From: Eledone cirrhosa
Taxonomy: Eukaryota
Assembly (NCBI GenBank): GCA_964016885.1
Contig: OZ024743.1
Coordinates: 143,282,001 to 143,346,000, forward strand
Direction: 5' to 3'
DNA length: 64,000 nucleotides
The notes below the pieces were generated by a model. That model saw only the letters and a program-made list of their open reading frames with translations. It was not told the origin of the DNA and ran no database searches. Shown here piece after piece: positions 37,612-50,400 of this stretch. The translations under genes were made by a program, and so were the position numbers. Each line of letters starts with the position of its first letter. Positions within the stretch are counted from its first letter, which is position 1.

Positions 37612-40600
37612 TTGGTGTTTGGTGCTTGGTGCTTGGTGTTTGGTGTTTGGTGCTTGGTGCTTGGTGTTTGGTGCTTGGTGTTTGGTGTTTGGTGCTTGGT
37701 GTCTGGTGCTTGGTGTTTGGTGTTTGGTGCTTGGTGTTCGGTGTTTGGTGCTTGGTGTTTGGTGTGTGGTGTTTGGTGCTTGGTGCTTGGTGTTTGGTGT
37801 TTGGTGTCTGGTGCTTGGTGTTTGGTGTTTGGTGCTTGGTGTTTGGTGTTTGGTGTTTTGTGCTTGGTGCTTGGTGTTTGGTGTTTGGTGTTTGGTGCTT
37901 GGTGCTTGGTGTTTGGTGCTGGGTGTTTGGTGCTTGGTGCTTGGTCTTTGGTGCTTGGTGTTTGGTGCTTGGTGCTTGGTGCTTGGTGTTTGGTGCTTGG
38001 TGCTTGGTGTTTGGTGCTTGGTGCTTAGTGTTTGGTGCTAGGTGCTTGGTGTTTGGTGCTTGGTGCTTGGTGTTTGGTGCTTGGTGCTTGGTGTTTGGTG
38101 TTTGGTGTTTGTTGTTTGTTGTTTGGTGTTTGCTGTTTGGTGTTTGGTGTTTGTTTTTTGGTGTTTGGTGTTTGCTGTATGTTGTTTGCTGTTTGATGTT
38201 TGGTGTTTGGTGTTTGGTGCTTGGTGTTTGGTGCTTGGTGCTTGGTGTTTGGTGCCTGGTGCTTGGTACTTGGTGCTTGGTGTTTGGTGCTTGGTGCTTG
38301 GTGCTTGGTGTTTGGTGCTTGGTGCGTGGTGTTTTGTGTTTCGTGTTTGGTTTTTGGTGCTTGGTGCTTGGTGCTTGGTCCTTGGTGTTTGGTGCTGGGT
38401 GCTTTGTGTTTGGTGCTTGTTGCTTGGTGCTTGGTGTTTGGTGTTTGCTGCTTGGTGTTTGAGGCTTGGTGCTTGGTGATTGGTGTTTTCTGTTTGGTGC
38501 TTGGTGCTTGGTGTTTGGTGCTTGGTGCTTGGTGCTTGGTGTTTGTACTTGGTGCTTGGTGCTTGGTGTTTGGTTCTTGGTTCTTGGTGTTTGGTGTTTG
38601 GCGTTTGGTGTTTGGTGCTTGGTGCTTGGTGCTTGGTGTTTGCTGTTTGGTGTTTGGTGTTTGGTGTTTGGTGTTTGCTGTTTGGTGTCTGCTTTTTGGT
38701 GTTTAGTGTTTGCTGTATGGTGTTTGCTGTTTCGTGTTTGGTGTTTGCTGTTTGGTGTTTGGTGTTTGCTGTTTGGTGTTTGGTCTTTGGTGCTTGGTGT
38801 TTCGTGCTTGGTGCTTGGTGTTTGGTGTTTGGTGCTTGGTGCTTGGTGCTTGGTGTTTGGTGTTTGGTGTTTGCTGCTTGGTGTCTGGTGCTTGGTGTTT
38901 GGTGTTTGGTGCTTGGTGCTTGGTGTTTGGTGTTTGGTGCTTGGTGTTTGGTGTTTGGTGCTTGTTGCTTGGTGCTTGATGTTTGGTGCTTGGTGCTTGG
39001 TGTTTGGTGCTGGGTGCTTGGTGCATGGTATTTGGTGTTTGGTGCTTGGTGCTTGGTGTTTTGTGTTTGGTGTTTGGTTTTGGTGCTTGGTGCTTGGTGC
39101 TTGGTCCTTGGTGTTTGGTGCTGGGTGCTTTGTGTTTTGTGCTTGGTGCTTGGTGCTTGGTGTTTGATGCTTGGTGCTTGGTGCTTGGTGTTTTGTGTTT
39201 GGTGCTTGGTGCTTGGTGTTTGGTGCTTGGTGCTTGGTGCTTGGTGTTTGTACTTGGTGCTTGGTGCTTGGTGTTTGGTTCTTGGTGTTTCGTACTTGGT
39301 GCTTGGTGTTTGGTGTTTGGTGCTTGGTGTTTGGTGCTTGGTGCTTGGTGCTTGCTGTTAGGTGTTTGGTGCTTGGTGCTTGGTGTTTGGTGCTTCATGC
39401 TTGGTGCTTGGTGTTTGGTGCTTGGTTTTTGGAGCTTAGTTTCTGGTGCTTGGTGTTTGGTTCTTGGTGCTTGGTGCTTGGTGTTTGGTGCTTGGTGTTA
39501 GGTGTTTGGTGCTTGGTGTTTGATCCTTGGTGCTTGGTGTTTGGTGTTTGGTGCTTGGTGTTTGGTGTTTGGTGCTTGCTGCTTGGTGTTTGGTGTTTTG
39601 GTGTTTTGTGCTAGGTGCTTGGTGTTTGGTACTTGGTGATTGGTGCTTGGTGCTTCGTGTTTTGTGTTTGGTGTTTGGTCTTTGGTGCTTGGTGTTTGGT
39701 GCTTGGTGCTTGGTGCTTGGTGTTTGGTGTTTGGTGCTTGGTGCTTGGTGTTTGGTGTTTGTTGTTTGGTGCTTGGTGTCTGGTGCTTGGTGTTTGGTGC
39801 TTGGTGTTTGGTGTTCGGTGTTTGGTGCTTTTTGCTTGGTGCTTGGTGTTTGGTGCTTGGTGCTTGGTGTTTGGTGCTGGGTGCTTGGTGCTTGGTGTTT
39901 GGTGTTTGGTGCTTGGTGCTTGGTGTTTGGTGATTGGTGTTTGGTGTTATATGCTTGGTGTTTGATGCTTGGTGTTTGGTGCTTGGTGCTTGGTGTTTGG
40001 TGTTTGGTGCTTGGTGCTTGGTGTTTGGTGCTTGGTGTTTGGTGTTTGGTGCTTGGTGTCTGGTGCTTGGTGTTTGGTGTTTGGTGCTTGGTGTTCGGTG
40101 TTTGGTGCTTGGTGTTTGGTGTTTGGTGTTTGGTGCTTGGTGCTTGGTGTTTGGTGTTTGGTGCTTGGTGTCTGGTGCTTGGTGTTTGGTGTTTGGTGCT
40201 TGGTGTTTGGTGTTTGGTGTTTTGTGCTTGGTGCTTGGTGTTTGGTGTTTGGTGTTTGGTGCTTGGTGCTTGGTGTTTGGTGCTGAGTGGTTGGTGTTTG
40301 GTGCTTGGTGTTTGGTGCTGGGTGCTTGGTGTTTGGTGCTGGGTGTTTGGTGCTTGGTGCTTGGTCTTTGGTGCTTGGTGTTTGGTGCTTGGTGCTTGGT
40401 GCTTGGTGTTTGGTGCTTGGTGCTTGGTGTTTGGTGCTTGGTGCTTAGTGTTTGGTGCTAGGTGCTTGGTGTTTGGTGCTTGGTGCTTGGTGTTTGGTGC
40501 TTGGTGCTTGGTGTTTGGTGTTTGGTGTTTGTTGTTTGTTGTTTGGTGTTTGCTGTTTGGTGTTTGGTGTTTGTTTTTTGGTGTTTGGTGTTTGCTGTAT

Positions 40601-41464
40601 GTTGTTTGCTGTTTGATGTTTGGTGTTTGGTGTTTGGTGCTTGGTGTTTGGTGCTTGGTGCTTGGTGTTTGGTGCCTGGTGCTTGGTACTTGGTGCTTGG
40701 TGTTTGGTGCTTGGTGCTTGGTGCTTGGTGTTTGGTGCTTGGTGCTTGGTGTTTTGTGTTTCGTGTTTGGTTTTTGGTGCTTGGTGCTTGGTGCTTGGTC
40801 CTTGGTGTTTGGTGCTGGGTGCTTTGTGTTTGGTGCTTGTTGCTTGGTGCTTGGTGTTTGGTGTTTGCTGCTTGGTGTTTGAGGCTTGGTGCTTGGTGAT
40901 TGGTGTTTTCTGTTTGGTGCTTGGTGCTTGGTGTTTGGTGCTTGGTGCTTGGTGCTTGGTGTTTGTACTTGGTGCTTGGTGCTTGGTGTTTGGTTCTTGG
41001 TTCTTGGTGTTTGGTGTTTGGCGTTTGGTGTTTGGTGCTTGGTGCTTGGTGCTTGGTGTTTGCTGTTTGGTGTTTGGTGTTTGGTGTTTGGTGTTTGCTG
41101 TTTGGTGTCTGCTTTTTGGTGTTTAGTGTTTGCTGTATGGTGTTTGCTGTTTCGTGTTTGGTGTTTGCTGTTTGGTGTTTGGTGTTTGCTGTTTGGTGTT
41201 TGGTCTTTGGTGCTTGGTGTTTCGTGCTTGGTGCTTGGTGTTTGGTGTTTGGTGCTTGGTGCTTGGTGCTTGGTGTTTGGTGTTTGGTGTTTGCTGCTTG
41301 GTGTCTGGTGCTTGGTGTTTGGTGTTTGGTGCTTGGTGCTTGGTGTTTGGTGTTTGGTGCTTGGCGTTTGGTGTTTGGTGCTTGTTGCTTGGTGCTTGAT
41401 GTTTGGTGCTTGGTGCTTGGTGTTTGGTGCTGGGTGCTTGGTGCATGGTATTTGGTGTTTGGTG
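36674..41464 (+). repeat. Tandem duplication of a chimeric B/A unit (2,357 and 2,420 bp copies)
   Basis: ORF offsets are 2357 (36814/39171, 37258/39615), then 2420 (38042/40462, 38710/41130). The 63-bp difference is 1 + 8 extra monomers, including TGAGTGG. Confidence 0.9.
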
Positions 41465-44400
41465 TTTGGTGCTTGGTGTTTGGTGCTTGGTGTTTGGTGT
41501 TTGGTGTTATATGCTTGGTGTTTGAGTCTTGGTGCTTGGTGCTTGGTGTTTGGTGTTTGGTGCTTGGTGTTTGATGCTTGGTGCTTGGTGTTTGGTGTTT
41601 GGTGCTTGATGTTTGTACTTGGTGCTTGGTGCTTGGTTCTTGGTGTTTGGTGCTTGGTGTTTGGTGCTTAGTGCTTGGTGTTTGGTGTTTGGTGCTTGGT
41701 GCTTGGTGCTTGGTGCTTGGTGTTTGGTGCTTGGTGTTAGGTGTTTGGTGCTTGGTGTTTGGTGCTTGGTGCTTGGTGTTTGGTGCTTGGTGTTTGGTGC
41801 TTGGTGTTAGGTGTTTGGTGCTTGGTGCTTGGTGTTTGGTTTTTGGTGCTTGGTGCTTGGTGTTTGGTGTTTGGTGCTTGCTGCTGGCTGCTTGGTGTTT
41901 GGTTCTTGGTGATTGGTGCTTGGTGTTTGGTGCTTGGTGTTTGGTGTTTGGTGCTAGGTGCTTGGTGTTTGGTGCTTGGTGCTTGGTGTTTGTACTTGGT
42001 GCTTGGTCCTTGGTTCTTGGTGTTTGGTGCTTGGTGCTTGGTGTTTGGTGCTTGGTGTTTGGTGCTTGGTGTTTGGTGCTTGGTGCTTGGTGTTTGGTGC
42101 CTGGTGCTTGGTGCTTGGTGTTTGGTGTTTGGTGCTTGGTGCTTGAAGTTTGGTGTTTGGTGCTTGGTGCTTGGTGCTTGGTCCTTGGTGTTTGGTGCTT
42201 GGTGTTTGGTGCTTGGTGTTTGGTGCTTGGTGCTTGGTGCTTGGTGCTTGGTGTTTGGTGCTTGGTGTTTCGTGCTTGGTGCTTGGTGTTTGCTGTTTGG
42301 TGCTTGGTGTTTGGTGCTTGGTACTTGGTGTTTGGTGCCTGGTGCTTGGTGCTTGGTGCTTGGTGTTTGGTGTTTGGTGCTTGGTGCTTGGTGCTTGGAG
42401 TTTGGTGTTTGGTGCTTGGTGCTTGGTGTTTTGTGTTTGGTGTTTTGTGTTTGGTGTTTGGTTTTTGGTGCTTGGTGCTTGGTCCTTGGTGTTTGGTGCT
42501 GGGTGCTTTGTGTTTGGTGCTTGGTGCTTGGTGTTTGGTGTTTGCTGCTTGGTGTTTGATGCTTGGTGCTTGGTGCTTGGTGTTTTGTGTTTGGTGCATG
42601 GTTCTTGGTGTTTGGTGCTTGGTGCTTGGTGCTTGGTGTTTGTACTTGGTGCTTGGTGCTTGGTTCTTGGTTCTTGGTGTTTGGTACTTGGTGCTTGGTG
42701 CTTGGTGCTTGATGTTTGGTGTTTGGTGCTTGGTGTTTGGTGCTTGGTGCTTGGTGTTTTGTGTTTGGTGCTTGGTTCTTGGTGTTTGGTGCTTGGTGCT
42801 TGGTGCTTGGTGTTTGTACTTGATGCTTGGTGCTTGGTGCTTGGTGTTTGGTTCTTGGTTCTTGGTGTTTGGTACTTGGTGCTTGGTGTTTGGTGTTTGC
42901 TGTTTGGTGTTTGGTGTTTGGTGTTTGCTGTTTGGTGTCTGCTTTTTGGTGTTTAGTGTTTGCTGTATGGTGTTTGGTGTTTGCTGTTTGGTGTTTGGTC
43001 TTTGGTGCTTGGTGTTTTGTGCTTGGTGCTTGGTGTTTGGTGTTTGGTGCTTGGTGCTTGGTGTTTGGTGCTTGGTGTTTGGTGTTTGGTGCTTGGTGTC
43101 TGGTGCTTGGTGTTTGATGTTTGGTGCTTGGTGTTTGGTGTTTGGTGCTTGGTGTTTGGTGTTTGGTGCTTGGTGCTTGGTGTTTGGTGTTTGGTGCTTG
43201 GTGTCTGGTGCTTGGTGTTTGGTTTTTGGTGCTTGGTGTTTGGTGTTTGGTGTTTTGTGCTTGGTGTTTGGTGCTTGGTGTTTGGTGCTGAGTGGTTGGT
43301 GTTTGGTGCTTGGTGTTTGGTGCTGGGTGCTTGGTGTTTGGTGCTGGGTGCTTGGTGTTTGGTGCTTGGTGCTTGGTCTTTGGTGCTTGGTGTTTGGTGC
43401 TTGGTGCTTGGTGCTTGGTGTTTGGTGCTTGGTGCTTGGTGTTTGGTGCTTGGTGCTTAGTGTTTGGTGCTAGGTGCTTGGTGTTTGGTGCTTGGTGCTT
43501 GGTGTTTGGTGCTTGGTGCTTGGTGTTTGGTGTTTGGTGTTTGGTGCTTGGTGCTTGGTGTTTGCTGTTTGCTGTTTGGTGTTTGTTGTTTGTTGTTTGG
43601 TGTTTGCTGTTTGGTGTTTGGTGTTTGCTTTTTGGTGTTTGGTGTTTGCTGTATGTTGTTTGCTGTTTGGTGTTTGGTGTTTGGTGTTTGGTGTTTGGTG
43701 CTTGGTGTTTGGTGCTTGGTGTTTGGTGCCTGGTGCTTGGTACTTGGTGCTTGGTGTTTGGTGCTTGGTGCTTGGTGCTTGGTGTTTGGTGCTTGGTGCT
43801 TGGTGTTTTGGGTTTCGTGTTTGGTTTTTGGTGCTTGGTGCTTGGTGCTTGGTCCTTGGTGTTTGGTGCTGGGTGCTTTGTGTTTGGTGCTTGTTGCTTG
43901 GTGTTTGAGGCTTGGTGCTTGGTGCTTGGTGTTTTCTGTTTGGTGCTTGGTGCTTGGTGTTTGGTGCTTGGTGCTTGGTGCTTGGTGTTTGTACTTGGTG
44001 CTTGGTGCTTGGTGTTTGGTTCTTGGTTCTTGGTGTTTGGTGTTTGGCGTTTGGTGTTTGGTGCTTGGTGCTTGGTGCTTGGTGTTAGGTATTTGGTGTT
44101 TGGTGCTTGGTGTTTGGTGCTTGGTGTTTGGTGTTTGGTGTTTGGTGTTTGCTGTTTGCTGTTTGGTGTCTGCTTTTTGGTGTTTAGTGTTTGCTGTATG
44201 GTGTTTGCTGTTTCGTGTTTGGTGTTTGCTGTTTGGTGTTTGGTGTTTGCTGTTTGGTGTTTGGTCTTTGGTGCATGGTGTTTGGTGCTTGGTGCTTGGT
44301 GTTTGGTGTTTGGTGCTTGGTGCTTGGTGTTTGGTGTTTGGTGCTTGGTGTTTGGTGTTTGGTGTTTGCTGCTTGGTGTCTGGTGCTTGGTGTTTGGTGT

Positions 44401-47400
44401 TTGGTGCTTGGTGCTTGGTGTTTGGTGTTTGGTGCTTGGTGTTTGGTGTTTGGTGCTTGTTGCTTGGTGCTTGATGTTTGGTGCTTGATGCTTGGTGTTT
44501 GGTGCTGGGTGCTTGGTGCATGGTATTTGGTGTTTGGTGTTTGGTGCTTGGTGTTTGGTGTTTGGTGTTATATGCTTGGTGTTTGAGTCTTGGTGCTTGG
44601 TGCTTGGTGTTTAGTGTTTCGTGCTTGGTGTTTGATGCTTGGTGCTTGGTGCTTGGTGTTTGGTGCTTGATGTTTGTACTTGGTGCTTGGTGCTTGGTTC
44701 TTGGTGTTTGGTGCTTGGTGTTTGGTGCTTGGTGCTTGGTGTTTGGTGTTTGGTGCTTGGTGCTTGGTGCTTGGTGCTTGGTGTTTTGTGCTTGGTGTTT
44801 GGTGCTTGGTGTTTGGTGCTTGGTGTTTGGTGCTTGGTGTTAGGTGTTTGGTGCTTGGTGCTTGGTGTTTGATTTTTGGTGCTTGGTGCTTGGTGTTTGG
44901 TGTTTGGTGCTTGCTGCTGGCTGCTTGGTGTTTGGTTCTTGTTGATTGGTGCTTGGTGTTTGGTGCTTGGTGTTTGGTGTTTGGTGCTAGGTGCTTGGTG
45001 TTTGGTGCTTGGTGCTTGGTGTTTGTACTTGGTGCTTGGTCCTTGGTTCTTGGTGTTTGGTGCTTGGTGCTTGGTGTTTGGTGCTTGGTGTTTGGTGCTT
45101 GGTGTTTGGTGCTTGGTGTTTGGTGCTTGGTGCTTGGTGTTTGGTGCTTGGTGCTTGGTGCTTGGTGTTTGGTGCCTGGTGCTTGGTGCTTGGTGTTTGG
45201 TGTTTGGTGCTTGGTGCTTGAAGTTTGGTGTTTGGTGTTTGGTGCTTGGTGCTTGGTGCTTGGTCCTTGGTCTTTGGTGCTTGGTGTTTGGTGCTTGGTG
45301 TTTGGTGCTTGGTGCTTGGTGCTTGGTGTTTGGTGCTTGGTGTTTGGTGCTTGGTGCTTGGTGTTTGGTGTTTGGTGTTTGGTGCTTGGTACTTGGTGTT
45401 TGGTGCCTGGTGCTTGGTGCTTGGTGCTTGGTGTTTGGTGTTTGGTGCTTGGTGCTTGGTGCTTGGTGCTTGGAGTTTGGTGTTTGGTGCTTGGTGCTTG
45501 GTGTTTTGTGTTTTGTGTTTGGTGTTTGGTTTTTGGTGCTTGGTGCTTGGTCCTTGGTGTTTGGTGCTGGGTGCTTTGTGTTTGGTGCTTGGTGCTTGGT
45601 GCTTGGTGTTTGCTGCTTGGTGTTTGATGCTTGGTGCTTGGTGCTTGGTGTTTTGTGTTTGGTGCATGGTTCTTGGTGTTTGGTGCTTGGTGCTTGGTGC
45701 TTGGTGTTTGTACTTGGTGCTTGGTGCTTGGTTCTTGGTTCTTGGTGTTTGGTACTTGGTGCTTGGTGCTTGGTGCTTGATGTTTGGTGTTTGGTGCTTG
45801 GTGTTTGGTGCTTGGTGCTTGGTGCTTGGTGTTTTGTGTTTGGTGCTTGGTTCTTGGTGTTTGGTGCTTGGTGCTTGGTGCTTGGTGTTTGTACTTGATG
45901 CTTGGTGCTTGGTGTTTGGTTCTTGGTTCTTGGTGTTTGGTACTTGGTGCTTGGTGTTTGGTGTTTGCTGTTTGGTGTTTGGTGTTTGGTGTTTGCTGTT
46001 TGCTGTTTGGTGTCTGCTTTTTGGTGTTTAGTGTTTGCTGTATGGTGTTTGGTGTTTGCTGTTTGGTGTTTGGTCTTTGGTGCTTGGTGTTTGGTGCTTG
46101 GTGCTTGGTGTTTGGTGTTTGGTGCTTGGTGCTTGGTGTTTGGTGCTTGGTGTTTGGTGTTTGGTGCTTGGTGTCTGGTGCTTGGTGTTTGGTGTTTGGT
46201 GCTTGGTGTTTGGTGTTTGGTGCTTGGTGTTTGGTGCTTGGTGCTTGGTGTTTGGTGTTTGGTGCTTGGTGTCTGGTGCTTGGTGTTTGGTGCTTGGTGT
46301 TTGGTGTTTGGTGTTTTGTGCTTGGTGCTTGGTGCTTGGTGTTTGGTGTTTGGTGTTTGGTGCTTGGTGCTTGGTGTTTGGTGCTGAGTGGTTGGTGTTT
46401 GGTGCTGAGTGGTTGGTGTTTGGTGCTTGGTGTTTGGTGCTGGGTGCTTGGTGTTTGGTGCTGGGTGCTTGGTGTTTGGTGCTTGGTGCTTGGTCTTTGG
46501 TGCTTGGTGTTTGGTGCTTGGTGCTTGGTGCTTGGTGTTTGGTGCTTGGTGCTTGGTGTTTGGTGCTTGGTGCTTGGTGCTTAGTGTTTGGTGCTAGGTG
46601 CTTGGTGTTTGGTGCTTGGTGCTTGGTGCTTGGTGCTTGGTGTTTGGTGTTTGGTGTTTGGTGCTTGGTGCTTGGTGTTTGCTGTTTGCTGTTTGGTGTT
46701 TGTTGTTTGTTGTTTGGTGTTTGCTGTTTGGTGTTTGGTGCTTGCTTTTTGGTGTTTGGTGTTTGCTGTATGTTGTTTGCTGTTTGGTGTTTGGTGTTTG
46801 GTGTTTGGTGCTTGGTGTTTGGTGCTGGGTGCTTGGTGCTTGGTGCTTGGTGTTTGGTGCTTGGTGCTTGGTGTTTTGTGTTTCGTGTTTGGTTTTTGGT
46901 GCTTGGTGCTTGGTGCTTGGTCCTTGGTGTTTGGTGCTGGGTGCTTTGTGTTTGGTGCTTGTTGCTTGGTGCTTGGTGTTTGGTGTTTGCTGCTTGGTGT
47001 TTGAGGCTTGGTGCTTGGTGCTTGGTGTTTTCTGTTTGGTGCTTGGTGCTTGGTGTTTGGTGCTTGGTGCTTGGTGCTTGGTGTTTGTACTTGGTGCTTG
47101 GTGCTTGGTGTTTGGTTCTTGGTTCTTGGTGTTTGGTGTCTGGCGTTTGGTGTTTGGTGCTTGGTGCTTGGTGCTTGGTGTTAGGTATTTGGTGCTTGGT
47201 GCTTGGTGTTTGGTGCTTGGTGTTTGGTGTTTGGTGTTTGGTGTTTGGTGTTTGCTGTTTGGTGTCTGCTTTTTGGTGTTTAGTGTTTGCTGTATGGTGT
47301 TTGCTGTTTCGTGTTTGGTGTTTTCTGTTTGGTGTTTGGTGTTTGCTGTTTGGTGTTTGGTCTTTGGTGCTTGGTGTTTGGTGCTTGGTGCTTGGTGTTT

Positions 47401-50400
47401 GGTGTTTGGTGCTTGGTGCTTGGTGTTTGGTGTTTGGTGCTTGGTGCTTGGTGTTTGGTGTTTGGTGTTTGCTGCTTGTTGTCTGGTGCTTGGTGTTTGG
47501 TGTTTGGTGCTTGATGCTTGGTGTTTGGTGTTTGGTGCTTGTTGCTTGGTGCTTGATGTTTGGTGCTTGGTGCTTGGTGTTTCGTGGTGGGTGCTTCTGT
47601 ATGGTATTTGGTGTTTGGTGTTTGGTGCTTGGTGTTTGGTGTTTGGTGTTATATGCTTGGTGTTTGAGTCTTGGTGCTTGGTGCTTGGTGTTTGGTGTTT
47701 GGTGCTTGGTGTTTGATGCTTGGTGCTTGGTGCTTGGTGTTTGGTGCTTGATGTTTGTACTTGGTGCTTGGTGCTTGGTTCTTGGTGTTTGGTGCTTGGT
47801 GTTTGGTGCTTGGTGCTTGGTGTTTGGTGCTTGGTGCTTGGTGTTTGGTGTTTGGTGTTTGGTGCTTGGTGCTTGGTGTTTGCTGTTTGCTGTTTGGTGT
47901 TTGTTGTTTGTTGTTTGGTGTTTGCTGTTTGGTGTTTGGTGTTTGCTTTTTGGTGTTTGGTGTTTGCTGTATGTTGTTTGCTGTTTGGTGTTTGGTGTTT
48001 GGTGTTTGGTGTTTGGTGCTTGGTGTTTGGTGCTTGGTGCTTGGTGTTTGGTGCCTGGTGCTTGGTACTTGGTGCTTGGTGTTTGGTGCTTGGTGCTTGG
48101 TGCTTGGTGTTTGGTGCTTGGTGCTTGGTGTTTTGTGTTTCGTCTTTGGTTTTTGGTGCTTGGTGCTTGGTGCTTGGTCCTTGGTGTTTGGTGCTGGGTG
48201 CTTTGTGTTTGGTGCTTGTTGCTTGGTGCTTGGTGTTTGGTGTTTGCTGCTTGGTGTTTGAGGCTTGGTGCTTGGTGCTTGGTGTTTTCTGTTTGGTGCT
48301 TGGTGCTTGGTGTTTGGTGCTTGGTGCTTGGTGCTTGGTGTTTGTACTTGGTGCTTGGTGCTTGGTGTTTGGTTCTTGGTTCTTGGTGTTTGGTGTTTGG
48401 CGTTTGGTGTTTGGTGCTTGGTGCTTGGTGCTTGGTGTTAGGTATTTGGTGTTTGGTGCTTGGTGTTTGGTGCTTGGTGTTTGGTGTTTGGTGTTTGGTG
48501 TTTGGTGTTTGCTGTTTGGTGTCTGCTTTTTGGTGTTTAGTGTTTGCTGTATGGTGTTTGCTGTTTGGTGTTTGGTGTTTGCTGTTTGGTGTTTGGTCTT
48601 TGGTGCTTGGTATTTGGTGCTTGGTGCTTGGTGTTTGGTGTTTGGTGCTTGGTGTTTGGTGTTTGGTGCTTGGTGTTTGGTGTTTGGTGTTTGCTGCTTG
48701 GTGTCTGGTGCTTGGTGTTTGGTGTTTGGTGCTTGGTGCTTGGTGTTTGGTGTTTGGTGCTTGGTGTTTGGTGTTTGGTGCTTGTTGCTTGGTGCTTGAT
48801 GTTTGGTGCTTGATGCTTGGTGTTTGGTGCTGGGTGCTTGGTGCATGGTATTTGGTGTTTGGTGTTTGGTGCTTGGTGTTTGGTGTTTGGTGTTATATGC
48901 TTGGTGTTTGAGTCTTGGTGCTTGGTGTTTAGTGTTTCGTGCTTGGTGTTTGATGCTTGGTGCTTGGTGCTTGGTGTTTGGTGCTTGATGTTTGTACTTG
49001 GTGCTTGGTGCTTAGTTCTTAGTGTTTGGTGCTTGGTGTTTGGTGCTTGGTGCTTGGTGTTTGGTGTTTGGTGCTTGGTGCTTGGTGCTTGGTGTTTGGT
49101 GCTTGGTGTTTGGTGCTTGGTGTTAGGTGTTTGGTGCTTGGTGTTTGGTGCTTGGTGCTTGGTGTTTGGTGCTTGGTGTTTGGTGCTTGGTGTTAGGTGT
49201 TTGGTGCTTGGTGCTTGGTGTTTGATTTTTGGTGCTTGGTGCTTGGTGTTTGGTGTTTGGTGCTTGCTGCTGGCTGCTTGGTGTTTGGTTCTTGGTGATT
49301 GGTGCTTGGTGTTTGGTGCTTGGTGTTTGGTGTTTGGTGCTAGGTGCTTGGTCTTTGGTGCTTGGTGTTTGTACTTGGTGCTTGGTCCTTGGTTCTTGGT
49401 GTTTGGTGCTTGGTGCTTGGTGTTTGGTGCTTGGTGTTTGGTGCTTGGTGTTTGGTGCTTGGTGTTTGGTGCTTGGTGCTTGGTGTTTGGTGCTTGGTGC
49501 TTGGTGCTTGGTGCTTGGTGTTTGGTGCCTGGTGCTTGGTGCTTGGTGTTTGGTGTTTGGTGCTTGGTGCTTGGTGCTTGAAGTTTGGTGTTTGGTGCTT
49601 GGTGCTTGGTGCTTGGTCCTTGGTCTTTGGTGCTTGGTGTTTGGTGCTTGGTGTTTGGTGCTTGGTGCTTGGTGCTTGGTGCTTGGTGTTTGGTGCTTGG
49701 TGTTTGGTGCTTGGTGCTTGGTGTTTGGTGTTTGGTGCTTGGTGTTTGGTGCTTGGTACTTGGTGTTTGGTGCCTGGTGCTTGGTGCTTGGTGCTTGGTG
49801 TTTGGTGTTTGGTGCTTGGTGCTTGGTGCTTGGTGTTTGGTGCTTGGTGCTTGGTGCTTGGTGTTTGTGTTTGGTGTTTTGTGTTTGGTGTTTGGTTTTT
49901 GGTGCTTGGTGCTTGGTCCTTGGTGTTTGGTGCTGGGTGCTTTGTGTTTGGTGCTTGGCGCTTGGTGTTTGGTGTTTGCTGCTTGGTGTTTGATGCTTGG
50001 TGCTTGGTGCTTGGTGTTTTGTGTTTGGTGCATGGTTCTTGGTGTTTGGTGCTTGGTGCTTGGTGCTTGGTGTTTGTACTTGGTGCTTGGTGCTTGGTTC
50101 TTGGTTCTTGGTGTTTGGTACTTGGTGCTTGGTGCTTGGTGCTTGATGTTTGGTGTTTGGTGCTTGGTGTTTGGTGCTTGGTGCTTGGTGCTTGGTGTTT
50201 TGTGTTTGGTGCTTGGTTCTTGGTGTTTGGTGCTTGGTGCTTGGTGCTTGGTGTTTGTACTTGATGCTTGGTGCTTGGTGTTTGGTTCTTGGTTCTTGGT
50301 GTTTGGTACTTGGTGCTTGGTGTTTGGTGTTTGCTGTTTGGTGTTTGGTGTTTGGTGTTTGCTGTTTGCTGTTTGGTGTCTGCTTTTTGGTGTTTAGTGT

